64,000 bases of DNA from Rhodospirillaceae bacterium (lineage in GTDB: Bacteria; Pseudomonadota; Alphaproteobacteria; Rhodospirillales; JABHCV01). Made by a program: the position numbers and the translations under genes. Under the pieces are notes generated by a model that was not told where the DNA came from, searched no databases, and saw only the letters and a program-made list of their open reading frames with translations. Below are positions 35,275 to 44,474 of this stretch, piece after piece; the stretch's first letter is position 1; each line of letters begins with the position of its first letter. Where the stretch lies: NCBI GenBank assembly GCA_018662005.1, contig JABJHA010000044.1:1759-65758 (forward strand), read 5' to 3'.

Positions 35275-37323
35275 TTACCAAAACTCGCCTAAGACCATGA
35301 TTGAAATAAAGATCATCGTCAGAACGATCGACGTTATAGAAGCATATTTCTGGCCGACTTCCTGGGCCGCTTCGGGGGATGATAACTCTCCGGCTTCGAT
35401 CTCCTGAATTTCTTCTTCAGCGGTGCTGTATTCAAAGCGGGCTTCGTCATACTTGAACATGTCCTGACGCCGCTTTTCGGCGTTGTCGATCAGATCAAAA
35501 AGTTCCGGCAGGCTTCCCTGACGGACGACTCGCGGCATTTCCTGTTCAATATCATGACGTGTCGAGCGACTGAAATAAGTGTTAATGGCGGGGCCAAGAA
35601 GGCTACCGATCCAACTGGTCAGGGCGTACACGGGCTCTGCCTTCAGCTTCCATTGCAAGTAAGCCAACAAGCTCAGCAGGCCGATCATAAATGAAGAATC
35701 TTTTGGTTCGGCCAGCGCACTAAGGTGGGGCTCAATGCGTTCCTTGAAGCGGGCTGCGATAAAGGCGGTTACATGCCGGTCCAGGGGACGTAATTTTTTG
35801 TCCGTACGATCAGCGATGTCATCAAGGGCGGGCAGTAAGTCTTCAATGTTGATAATACCAAGCTCTGCTATCAGTGGGCTTTGACAGGCCAGCGAAGCGT
35901 TTAAGTCGTACAGGCATCTTTCAATCCCGAAACCGGGGCCCTCGATTTGCAGGATTGTTTTCAATCTGGCGAAAACGCTCTGAAATTCTATTGAAGCCTC
36001 GTCGCGAATTTTTTCGCAAGGTGCGCTATACCAGATTTCGGTAATGCCATGGTTGATGACCTCGGCCGCTGTTTGCATGGAGTTACGGCGAAGCAGTTCT
36101 ACCGCCAGGGCCGGCCCGTAGCCTTCGGGCATGAAAGCTAAACCCTTGTAGCGAATGGGCCCTTCGGGATCCATAAGGATGGAGGCTTTGGTAACGACAT
36201 AGTCGTCCATACCCCTGAAAGTATTTTCATGAAGTTCTGCGGCCGCGGCAATGGCATTGATGGAATCGGCGAGATCGCCTTCTTCGAGATTACGTCTCAA
36301 CCAGGTTTCAAGCTTTTCATCCTTGATCGCTGCCGCGCCTTCCTTGACGTTCTGGGTAAAGGAATGTGCGAGGCTCTTTGCGTTACGGTATTCAATTTCC
36401 ATGAATATGTAGGGTGTTTCGGATTTTAGCGCCGGCTTGCGCTGCATCGGTGTTTGTCGCTTGCCTTCCATCCACAGGTTCATTTCTTCAACACCCCAGC
36501 GGTCGCCCGGATCGTCGCTAAGGACACCACGCAGGGGTTCAATAACGGTAACCGGAATGCGCCGCTTGCCGCACAATGCGCTATAGGAGCCGTGCTCAAT
36601 TTTTTCCTTAAACAGATCATCAGGTGTCTTGTGTTCGATGATGTTTTTGCCAAGTATAAGAGAGACAATCGTCACTCCCATGGCATACAGGTCGTCACTT
36701 AAGGAACCACTTCCCCGGCCACCGGGGGAAGCCATGCCGCGCTCGATCGGTTCGTAAATTAATGGCTGGTCGAATCCGGGTGGACAGGTAACACAATCGC
36801 CAAGGACAACCTCTGTACGTCCCTTGTCCATGAAGAACAGGTTTTCAACGCGAATTTCACGATGATTGATTTCCTTCAACTCCATGTCTTTTATGGCTTT
36901 GTAGATGGGCTCAATAAAGGTGTCCTGAATTTCATATTCATTTGCCTTGAACTCTCCTCTTTCGATCGCAAGTGCGACACTGCCACCGAGCGGACGTTCA
37001 TATATAATAATGCTGGTATGCTGATTGATCGGTGGCCAAAAGGCAGTATCCCAGGCGACGGCTGTCATGAGCCCGTGATGGCTCTCGTTGTTTAACTTTT
37101 GCAGGACATCCATACGGGTTGGCATTCCCGGTGTGGCTATCAAGGCAAACAGCTCAATTTCCTGATTTCGACGATCACGAACCGCATACGCCTTTGCCGA
37201 AGGCATATCGAGTTCACTGATCGGGGTGTTCACATCGACCAAAAACTGGTCGTTGATAAGGACCGGGCCGGTTCCTCCGGCCGACTGGTCACCTGCACCA
37301 TTTTCTTGGGGCGAGATAGCCAT
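35275..37323 (-). CDS. Tail-anchored protein with a degenerate Hanks-type (Ser/Thr) kinase-like domain, a probable pseudokinase
   Basis: HREIRVENLFF (36843-36864) where kinases have HRDxKPxN. VLGDC in place of DFG. PIERG...SDDLYAMGVTIVSLILGK resembles APE...SDxWSxG. No GxGxxG loop and no VAIK Lys. C-terminal hydrophobic helix ITSIVLTMIFISIMVLGEFW. ATG at 37323; the track TTG is at 37335. Confidence 0.7.
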   Translation of the reverse strand: MAISPQENGAGDQSAGGTGPVLINDQFLVDVNTPISELDMPSAKAYAVRDRRNQEIELFALIATPGMPTRMDVLQKLNNESHHGLMTAVAWDTAFWPPINQHTSIIIYERPLGGSVALAIERGEFKANEYEIQDTFIEPIYKAIKDMELKEINHREIRVENLFFMDKGRTEVVLGDCVTCPPGFDQPLIYEPIERGMASPGGRGSGSLSDDLYAMGVTIVSLILGKNIIEHKTPDDLFKEKIEHGSYSALCGKRRIPVTVIEPLRGVLSDDPGDRWGVEEMNLWMEGKRQTPMQRKPALKSETPYIFMEIEYRNAKSLAHSFTQNVKEGAAAIKDEKLETWLRRNLEEGDLADSINAIAAAAELHENTFRGMDDYVVTKASILMDPEGPIRYKGLAFMPEGYGPALAVELLRRNSMQTAAEVINHGITEIWYSAPCEKIRDEASIEFQSVFARLKTILQIEGPGFGIERCLYDLNASLACQSPLIAELGIINIEDLLPALDDIADRTDKKLRPLDRHVTAFIAARFKERIEPHLSALAEPKDSSFMIGLLSLLAYLQWKLKAEPVYALTSWIGSLLGPAINTYFSRSTRHDIEQEMPRVVRQGSLPELFDLIDNAEKRRQDMFKYDEARFEYSTAEEEIQEIEAGELSSPEAAQEVGQKYASITSIVLTMIFISIMVLGEFW

Positions 37324-37491
37324 CGTTTTTTCCAAACAAGAAACCGGGGGTCAAACCTTCTGGTTGACCATTCCAATTTCAGACATGGATTTTAGCGATT
37401 ATGCCCTTGATTTACAATGAAATATTAAAATTTTAGCCAATTTGTTAACCATGTTGGCAAAATTGCAGTATTTGGAATCGGTTACGATGCC

Positions 37492-38784
37492 CTAGTCTGC
37501 GAACGGATCATGAACAAGGATGGAATCTTCACGTTCGGGACTTGTTGAAAGCAGGGCGACCGGGGCGCCGATCAATTCTTCGATTCGGCGGACATATTTA
37601 ATCGCCGTGGCCGGAAGTTCAGCCCATGAGCGGGCACCTTCCGTGCTTTCGAACCATCCTTCCATGCTTTCATAGATGGCTTCGACCTTATGCTGCTTAA
37701 CAGTCGAGGCGGGCATGTGATCATAGACTTCACCATCGATCAGGTAGCCGGTGCAGACTTTTAACTCGTCCATGCCATCAAGCACGTCGATCTTGGTCAG
37801 GGCGATACCATTGATGCCGTTAACCTTGACCGCCTGGCGGACAAGCACGGCGTCAAACCAGCCACAACGTCGGGGCCGCCCGGTGACGGTGCCGAATTCA
37901 TGACCGCGTTCGCCAAGGCCCTGGCCGACTTCATCTTCCAGTTCGGTGGGAAACGGTCCACTGCCGACGCGAGTCGTATAGGCCTTGGTTATACCCAGCA
38001 CGTAATCGATTGCTCCCGGTCCCTGTCCGGAACCGGCGGCGGCTTGCCCTGCGACGACATTGGAGGAGGTCACAAACGGATAGGTGCCATGATCGATATC
38101 GAGCATCGTTCCTTGTGCACCCTCGTAAAGAATACGTTTGCCTGATCGTCTGGCCTCATCGAGCTCTTTCCATACAGGCTGGGCATAGATCAGCAGTTCG
38201 GGGGCCAGTGCTTCGAGTTTGCCAATCAATTCGTCACGATCAATTTCAGTCAGTCCCAATCCGCGCAACAGGGCATTGTGATGGAAAAGAAGTTTGTCGA
38301 CTTTATCGCCCAGCACGTCCAGGTCGGCAAGATCCCCGACCCGAATGGCGCGCCTGGCCACTTTGTCTTCATATGCTGGTCCAATACCGCGTCCAGTGGT
38401 TCCGATCTTGGCCTTGCCCAGGGCTTCTTCACGGGCCCTGTCCAGATTACCATGCAAGGGCAGGATCAAAGGCGCATTATCGGCAATGCGAAGGTTTTCG
38501 GGTGCGATGACGATCCCCTGTTTCCTGATATTATCGATTTCCGAAAGCAGGGCCCACGGATCGATGACAACGCCATTGCCAATGATCGATAATTTACCAC
38601 CGCGAACGACGCCCGAAGGCAGCATATTCAGCTTGTAGGTAACACCATCGATCACCAGGGTGTGACCGGCATTGTGGCCGCCTTGAAAACGAACCACGAC
38701 ATCGGCGCGCTCCGACAACCAGTCTACGATTTTTCCTTTACCTTCGTCGCCCCATTGCGAGCCGACGACGACTACATTAGCCAT
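37492..38784 (-). CDS. purA: Adenylosuccinate synthase
   Basis: [21 protein letters not shown]...[14 protein letters not shown]. Confidence 0.95.
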   Translation of the reverse strand: MANVVVVGSQWGDEGKGKIVDWLSERADVVVRFQGGHNAGHTLVIDGVTYKLNMLPSGVVRGGKLSIIGNGVVIDPWALLSEIDNIRKQGIVIAPENLRIADNAPLILPLHGNLDRAREEALGKAKIGTTGRGIGPAYEDKVARRAIRVGDLADLDVLGDKVDKLLFHHNALLRGLGLTEIDRDELIGKLEALAPELLIYAQPVWKELDEARRSGKRILYEGAQGTMLDIDHGTYPFVTSSNVVAGQAAAGSGQGPGAIDYVLGITKAYTTRVGSGPFPTELEDEVGQGLGERGHEFGTVTGRPRRCGWFDAVLVRQAVKVNGINGIALTKIDVLDGMDELKVCTGYLIDGEVYDHMPASTVKQHKVEAIYESMEGWFESTEGARSWAELPATAIKYVRRIEELIGAPVALLSTSPEREDSILVHDPFAD

Positions 38785-38814
38785 GTCGTGAAATTCCTTT
38801 TTAGATTTTGACGC

Positions 38815-39966
38815 TTAACAGGCATGAACTTTGCCGTTAGATAAATAGTGAGAACAGCCAAGGCGCTTTGCCTCTTTCTTTGCATCGTCGCCGTTTTCCA
38901 GTCCGTCGATTGTGATCCAGCCCTCGGCCCGCAATTTGCGTCCCTCGGCGTTATCGGTCCCGCTGGCAAGGTATAAGCGTTTTTTTGCCTCCGCCGGTGC
39001 GATGGCGCGCAAAACGGAGTCCATGAACAGGGTCATGCCGGTCGCCGGTTCATCCTCACTTCCGGCCAGATAACGACCGCCACCGCCAAGTTCACCACGA
39101 ACACCAGTCGAAAAAATGGTGAAAGTGACGCCCGAGTGATATTCCAGACCACGGCTTTCGACGGGATCGACCGTCAGGCTTAAATCGGCAGCGGCGCTGC
39201 GAATTTTCTCGACGACCTGTGCCAGCGACGCGAGTTCATTGGCTGCGGCTTTCGGCAACTTGAGTTTGGTCAGTGCCGCCAGGGCGTCATCAGCAGGCCC
39301 TGTGGCCTTCAGCATGGCTGTTAACTGGTCTGTTGTCGCCTTGCCAAGTTTTTTTGACAAAGCGCCCACGGCGGCTTCGTCCTTTCGGTCGAGGGCGACG
39401 CGTAAGGTGTCTCTGCTTTCATCATCAAGATCAATTTTTCCCAAAAGCGCCGGCACCAGTGTTGGCAGGGCCAGATCAATGGACAGGTCCTTGACCCCCA
39501 CATCGCTTAACGCTTCAACGGCCATCAAAATCACCTCGGCATCGGCCTGCGGGTCCTGGCTGCCGAGCAACTCCGATCCGACCTGCCCAAACTGACGTTC
39601 GGGTCGCATTTGGGTGCCCCTAATTCTGAGGACCTGCCCCCCGTAACACAGCCTTAATGGGCGCGGTGAATTTTTCATTCGGGTGGTGGCGATACGCGCA
39701 ACCTGCAGGGTCATATCGGCGCGAACGCCCATCATCCGCTGTGAAACCGGATCCATCAGCCGGAAAGTTTGGCCGGACATTGCCGCCCCGCTTCCGTCCA
39801 GCAAGCTTTCCTCAAATTCAATTAAAGGCGGTTTGACCCGATCATAGCCATGGGCCGAAAAACAGGCGATCAGACGCTCCGTCGCCGCCGCCTCACATTC
39901 GGCGTCTGGGGGGAGCACATCGCACATACCGGCTGGCAGCAGGGCTTTATCTGAAAAATCATTCAT
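38815..39966 (-). CDS. hisZ: ATP phosphoribosyltransferase regulatory subunit (HisRS paralogue)
   Basis: Class II aaRS-like core (LPAGMCDVLP...FRLMDP...RLCYGGQVLR) without an anticodon-binding domain. Adjacent to purA. Confidence 0.85.
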   Translation of the reverse strand: MNDFSDKALLPAGMCDVLPPDAECEAAATERLIACFSAHGYDRVKPPLIEFEESLLDGSGAAMSGQTFRLMDPVSQRMMGVRADMTLQVARIATTRMKNSPRPLRLCYGGQVLRIRGTQMRPERQFGQVGSELLGSQDPQADAEVILMAVEALSDVGVKDLSIDLALPTLVPALLGKIDLDDESRDTLRVALDRKDEAAVGALSKKLGKATTDQLTAMLKATGPADDALAALTKLKLPKAAANELASLAQVVEKIRSAAADLSLTVDPVESRGLEYHSGVTFTIFSTGVRGELGGGGRYLAGSEDEPATGMTLFMDSVLRAIAPAEAKKRLYLASGTDNAEGRKLRAEGWITIDGLENGDDAKKEAKRLGCSHYLSNGKVHAC

Positions 39967-40066
39967 AATCGGGATCTGTGGAGGCCATTGATGTGAAGGC
40001 TAAACTCCGGGGTTTAGTACCCGGAATCCTTGATGACGGCAATTATAAAAGAAAAGAGGGGATTGA

Positions 40067-40684
40067 TCAAAAAAGCTCAAAGGTCCGGCTGGTGATTGTT
40101 TTTCCCATATTTCCAACCATTTCAGGAATCATCGCCCGGATCAGCGATGCGCCATCTGATTGACCGAGATTAGCCACAGACCATGCCTGCCAGTGTCGTT
40201 TGCCGTTTGTCCGGTTGTCGATTGAAACTTCCAAACGGTACTGCGAGGGGGTCATGACGGAGGTTTCGCCCTTACCCTGGTTGAAGATGCCACCACTATT
40301 GCTGTCATACAGGTTGAACCGCATTCTGGCATCTTCGCCACCCTCGCGGCCGCCATGGGCGTCAAGTTCAAGAATCGCGCGTCTGTCGCGGGTTTTGTAT
40401 GCGCCAAGCTCATCGCGAGTCTCAAAAGTGATAATCAATTGGGCATCGGCGCTGACCGAAAACCCTTGGCGGGTGAGAATCTGCTCGAATTCTTTTTTCA
40501 GCCGCATGTTTTGATCCGAATTATCCAGTGGCTGGACACTGAAAGCGGATCCCTGCGGCAGGGGCTTGTAGGCGATGGCGTTCAACAAGCCTTCCCCATA
40601 GCCTTGAGCAATGGCGGGCCCGGCGGACTGAACGAACAGGCCGAGAACAAAAACGACAGCCGAAAGAATGGAAAAGCGCCTCAT
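40067..40684 (-). CDS. Secreted hypothetical protein (205 aa)
   Basis: Signal peptide MRRFSILSAVVFVLGLFVQSAGPAIAQ. No family recognised. Confidence 0.6.
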   Translation of the reverse strand: MRRFSILSAVVFVLGLFVQSAGPAIAQGYGEGLLNAIAYKPLPQGSAFSVQPLDNSDQNMRLKKEFEQILTRQGFSVSADAQLIITFETRDELGAYKTRDRRAILELDAHGGREGGEDARMRFNLYDSNSGGIFNQGKGETSVMTPSQYRLEVSIDNRTNGKRHWQAWSVANLGQSDGASLIRAMIPEMVGNMGKTITSRTFELF

Positions 40685-40853
40685 GTTAGAGCCCTAAAGT
40701 ACCCATAAAATGTGGAAAAACCCAGCAGCAGACTCAATTATCCGGCTCTCTTGGGTTCTGTGTCAACTCAGAATATGCGTAATAAATTGTTAAACAGTAC
40801 CGGTCACACTCACGGCTTAGCCTATTGGGGTGAAAACCATGGTTTTAGAGACA

Positions 40854-40958
40854 ATGAAAACACAAAACATATCATTCTTCCGCCCCGGCGGTGTCTTTGG
40901 CATTGGCCTTGTCGCCGGTCTTGTCGCCGGTTTCGCGATCTTGATTATTGCTGCCTAG
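40854..40958 (+). CDS. Candidate 34-aa single-TM micro-protein (not in the ORF track)
   Basis: MKTQNISFFRPGGVFGIGLVAGLVAGFAILIIAA, with a GxxxG-type glycine zipper. The stop lies 10 nt before a 15-bp-stem hairpin. Weak SD (GAGACA). Confidence 0.25.
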   Translation: MKTQNISFFRPGGVFGIGLVAGLVAGFAILIIAA

Positions 40959-40968
40959 TGTGATGGTT

Positions 40969-41003
40969 CTGAAGTATGGCTCATTAATTGAGCCATACTT
41001 CAG
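40969..41003. terminator. Perfect 15-bp-stem hairpin between convergent genes
   Basis: ctgaagtatggctca-ttaat-tgagccatacttcag. No U-tract on either strand. Lies 80 nt downstream of the M1 peptidase stop. Confidence 0.5.
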
Positions 41004-41083
41004 AGCCTGAATCACACGAGATTCAATATATACGTGGCCTGCTGATACCAGTAATTCATGATATGAATGACTGGTGCAGGACA

Positions 41084-43075
41084 CTAGTCGAAAGTAACGG
41101 CAAGCGGTCCGCTTGAACTCGGCCAGACACCATCATCAATAACATTGGCTCCATTAAAGATCAGATAACCGCGTCGCCCGTAATGGGGCAGGGGTCTGAG
41201 CAGGGATTGCAATGCCTTGTTATCGGCGGCCTCGACAACCAGCAGGGGGTTGACCATTCCATTACTATCGGTCCATCGCCAGGCCCAAGCCCTGGCGCTT
41301 CCTCGTCCAAGCAGGGTTTTGGGGGTGGAAGGAAGGTTTCTTTCATGCAGAAATTGCGTAACCGTTTCAGTGGGCCCGATAATCAACAGCGGCCCCTGAA
41401 GGGGTGCCGTCATGGAATAATCGGCGAAGTGGGCCGGTCCATCGAGCATTTTGCCCGCAAGTTGTCTTGCGGTTTGTTCCATATCCGGGTTTGAGCCGGC
41501 AAAAACGACCGTGGTATCCGTATTCAAAGTTGTATCACGCAGGATCGGCGGCGCCTCGCTGGCGCCCAATCTGCGGAAAATATCAAAATCCGGATCAACG
41601 GTTATGGAAAGCGGACGGGCCGACAAAGGCAGTTCAACGCGCGAGGCTTCTCCATCGATTCCGGCCTGAAACATTTCTTCACCCTTTGTTGTTTGCAGCC
41701 GGATTGGCACTTCCAGAGAGTACGGTAGATCAGGTTGGGAAAGGGTGAAGGATATTCTGTCCACAGATTGGATGATGTCTGAAAGAACGATCCTGGCTGC
41801 CCCACTGCGATCAATCCATTGAGCAAAGAAAGCGCTTAAGTTCTGGCCGGATGTTTGCTCGAAAATGGCCTGGATTTCGGCCCAGCCTGCGGTGTTGAAT
41901 TTGTACCGTGTCCAGAAATCCCGAATGCCCTGGGAGAAGCTCTGCTTGCCGATTGTTCTTTCAAGCATATGGAAAATGAAGGCAACCTTGTTGTAGCCAA
42001 TGATCTGGGCAGCATCGTGCCGGCGAGAGATGAATGATCTGACCGCGTGATCGCGCCTTGGCGGCAGGGCTGCATAATCACGCAACCAGCCGGTTCGCAT
42101 TTGTTTGCCTTTGTCCTGTTCGCGTTTTTCTGAAAAGGCGTAATCGGCCATGAAGGTGGTCAGGCCTTCGGCCCAGTTGCCGTTTTTGTAATCAACACGG
42201 ACGCCATTTCCCCACCAGTTGTGCAGGACTTCGTGACCTAACGAGGTGAAGCGAATGAAGGGCAGACGCAACACCCGCTCCCCTATATAGGTCATGCCGA
42301 CAAATCCCAAACCAACAGGCAAGGGGCCAGAAACGATAGAAAAGGATGAAAAGGGATAGTCTCCAATTAGCCTTGTGTAGTGATCAATGTAATTCGCTGT
42401 GGAGTCCAGGTAACCCGCGGACAGGTTTTCCAGACCTGGCGCAAAATAGGTTCTCAGAACAATTTCACCGTGGCGACGTTCCTCAACGCTGAATGGCCCG
42501 GCAATCAAAACGATGCCTTCGCTTGGAACTTCAGACTTGAAGACGGCGCGGTATTGGCCGGCTGTGGTTTCTTCCTTGATCAGACGTCCGGGGACAATAG
42601 CCTTTTGCGGCGCAGGCAGGGTCATGGTCAGCTGATAAGTCGCAGCGATACCCGGGACCATCGGATGCCAACCCGAACCTGAATCCAGATAGCTGCCATT
42701 TTTTGAAGCCATCAGGGGGGCAGGGCCGCTCTCTCCGGATCGTTCGGTCATTCTTGAAAGAAGCCCCTTATATTCAATGTCGACCACATGACTGGACCCT
42801 TCTCCCAGGTCAACACGCAGGATGTTTCCGTGTCTGATCTGGGCAATCTTGCGTTCATCAACTTTGACGCCGGTGATGACCATGCTTGCGGCAAGACGAA
42901 AATCAACTTTGCCGGTTCCCTGAATATGCAGACGGTCACGGACCTCCAATGCTCGTGCCCCGGGGTCAAATCGAAGGGTCATCTGGTGGTCAATGGTATT
43001 GATGCCTGCCTGGGCAAAGTCGGCGAAAAGCCAGATCATCAAGAGGGCAGTTGAGAAAACGGCTGGGAAGTTCAT
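41084..43075 (-). CDS. Secreted M1-family (aminopeptidase N-like) zinc metallopeptidase
   Basis: HEVLHNWWGN plus a downstream WAEGLTTF Glu (HExxH-x18-E). ATG 43075 gives signal peptide MNFPAVFSTALLMIWLFADFAQA and forms an ATGA overlap with the upstream gene. Confidence 0.85.
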   Translation of the reverse strand: MNFPAVFSTALLMIWLFADFAQAGINTIDHQMTLRFDPGARALEVRDRLHIQGTGKVDFRLAASMVITGVKVDERKIAQIRHGNILRVDLGEGSSHVVDIEYKGLLSRMTERSGESGPAPLMASKNGSYLDSGSGWHPMVPGIAATYQLTMTLPAPQKAIVPGRLIKEETTAGQYRAVFKSEVPSEGIVLIAGPFSVEERRHGEIVLRTYFAPGLENLSAGYLDSTANYIDHYTRLIGDYPFSSFSIVSGPLPVGLGFVGMTYIGERVLRLPFIRFTSLGHEVLHNWWGNGVRVDYKNGNWAEGLTTFMADYAFSEKREQDKGKQMRTGWLRDYAALPPRRDHAVRSFISRRHDAAQIIGYNKVAFIFHMLERTIGKQSFSQGIRDFWTRYKFNTAGWAEIQAIFEQTSGQNLSAFFAQWIDRSGAARIVLSDIIQSVDRISFTLSQPDLPYSLEVPIRLQTTKGEEMFQAGIDGEASRVELPLSARPLSITVDPDFDIFRRLGASEAPPILRDTTLNTDTTVVFAGSNPDMEQTARQLAGKMLDGPAHFADYSMTAPLQGPLLIIGPTETVTQFLHERNLPSTPKTLLGRGSARAWAWRWTDSNGMVNPLLVVEAADNKALQSLLRPLPHYGRRGYLIFNGANVIDDGVWPSSSGPLAVTFD

Positions 43076-44325
43076 GGATGTTTCGGGAGTTTCTTCTGAA
43101 GGGGAAATTTGGCGACAATATCGAGCTGTTTGCCATCGCGCAGGATAACAAGCGGCAGCCACGTGCCCGGGTTCATGGCGCGAATCGTGGTCACCAGTTC
43201 CACCGTCTTCGTCATTTTCATCCCGGCTGCCTGAACGATAATATCATCCCCTTCAAGCCCGGCAGCGGCAGCGACGCTGGCCTCAACGACCTTGATGATG
43301 CGGATCCCTTTGTCGCTGTTTTCGATCTGCACGCCAAGCAAGGGATGGGCAGGCCCTGAAGCCCTTGCGGGTCCATCCACGCCAAACACGGCATCAGCAA
43401 TGGCCAGGCCATCACGGCTTTTTAACTGGTCGCAAGATAACTCCTTGTCCCAGGGCAGCAGGATGGCCGCATTGTCGATCCCCAAATCGGACAGTTGATG
43501 GGAAATGCCAAAGCCGTACTCCACATGGCCGCGCCCGACAATGGCGACGACAAGGGGTTCGCCACCGGCCATTCTGACATGGGCCAGGGATTCGGCCATT
43601 GCCCGGTCCCAAAGGGTCTGAACTTCGATAAAGCTTTCAAACCTTTTTTGATCGGCCGGGCTTAAGGGTGTTTCCTTCTTGTTATTTTCATCGCCATGCA
43701 TTTGGAACACCTCGGCCAGGCTTTCCCTGTAAGCCTTCGATGGGGGTAAGGGGTCGCCGACGCCTTCGCGCTGTTTCGTGTCAATTGATGCCCAGCCTTG
43801 ATGTCTTACGGCCCGGATCAGGTCTCGTTCCACATTCAGGGCGCGCATAGGAATGCGGTGCATACGGGCAAAGTGAAAAAGTGGCATGTAGATGTCCGGG
43901 TCATAGCGCCAGACTTCGTTCCAGCGGCTGAGTTCAATGAATTTTTTCTCGTCCAGCTCGCCCCTGATCCAGCGGTCAAGAACCGGTTGCACAGCCCGTG
44001 GGAAAGCTTCAAAACCAAGCACCATATTGGGATTGCGGCCATACAGACCAGCCAGAGTATGAAGCTGCCAGCGGTGATGCTCAGCACTGGTATGGGCTTC
44101 CCCTAACAACACAATGGGACGCTTGGCCATAGCCTTAAGTAAGGCTGTCTGTTTGATTTCTGAACCGTTTTTCGGTGATTGCCAGTGTCCGGGTGCAACA
44201 CAGGCCGTGCCGCCCTTATTTTGCCCGGCAGCCATGACGTGCCCTGACTGAATGAGCAATATAACAAATGAAAGCCATTTGAGAGATTGGGCGAGGGAAA
44301 ATATCTTTGAATGCATGGTCTTCAA
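43072..44325 (-). CDS. Exported ChaN-like (Tiki/TraB/erythromycin-esterase superfamily) protein with a C-terminal PDZ domain
   Basis: VLLGEAHTSAEHHRWQLHTL and later VAIVGRGH motifs are typical of the ChaN/Cofac_haem_bdg family. The C-terminus GVQIENSDKGIRIIKV...GLEGDDIIVQAAG...LVILRDGK is PDZ-like. The track start is TTG 44325; ATG 44316 is an alternative. Confidence 0.7.
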   Translation of the reverse strand: MKTMHSKIFSLAQSLKWLSFVILLIQSGHVMAAGQNKGGTACVAPGHWQSPKNGSEIKQTALLKAMAKRPIVLLGEAHTSAEHHRWQLHTLAGLYGRNPNMVLGFEAFPRAVQPVLDRWIRGELDEKKFIELSRWNEVWRYDPDIYMPLFHFARMHRIPMRALNVERDLIRAVRHQGWASIDTKQREGVGDPLPPSKAYRESLAEVFQMHGDENNKKETPLSPADQKRFESFIEVQTLWDRAMAESLAHVRMAGGEPLVVAIVGRGHVEYGFGISHQLSDLGIDNAAILLPWDKELSCDQLKSRDGLAIADAVFGVDGPARASGPAHPLLGVQIENSDKGIRIIKVVEASVAAAAGLEGDDIIVQAAGMKMTKTVELVTTIRAMNPGTWLPLVILRDGKQLDIVAKFPLQKKLPKHP

Positions 44326-44474
44326 TCATAACCCGTAAAGTGCGGCGACAATAAGGATTTCAATGGTCAATATTTCAGTGTAGTTGCGAAAAGACACGGA
44401 CAGCCATATTCTATGAAGATATCCTCATTCAGGCTCCATCAGGGCTTGTTTTATATCTTCTGGAGAGAACTCGG

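Noticed and set aside
37348-37372. Hairpin ggtcaa-N9-ttgacc downstream of purA as a terminator.
   Set aside because: Only a 6-bp stem with a 9-nt loop and an interrupted U-tract, lying 120 nt from the purA stop. Too weak to call.
40712-41084. ORFs 40712-40963 (+, 83 aa) and 40872-41084 (-, 70 aa).
   Set aside because: Cys/Arg-rich or low-complexity translations with no SD. Both run through a 15-bp-stem hairpin or the repeat region. The 34-codon ORF in a different frame is a better, though still weak, explanation of this DNA.
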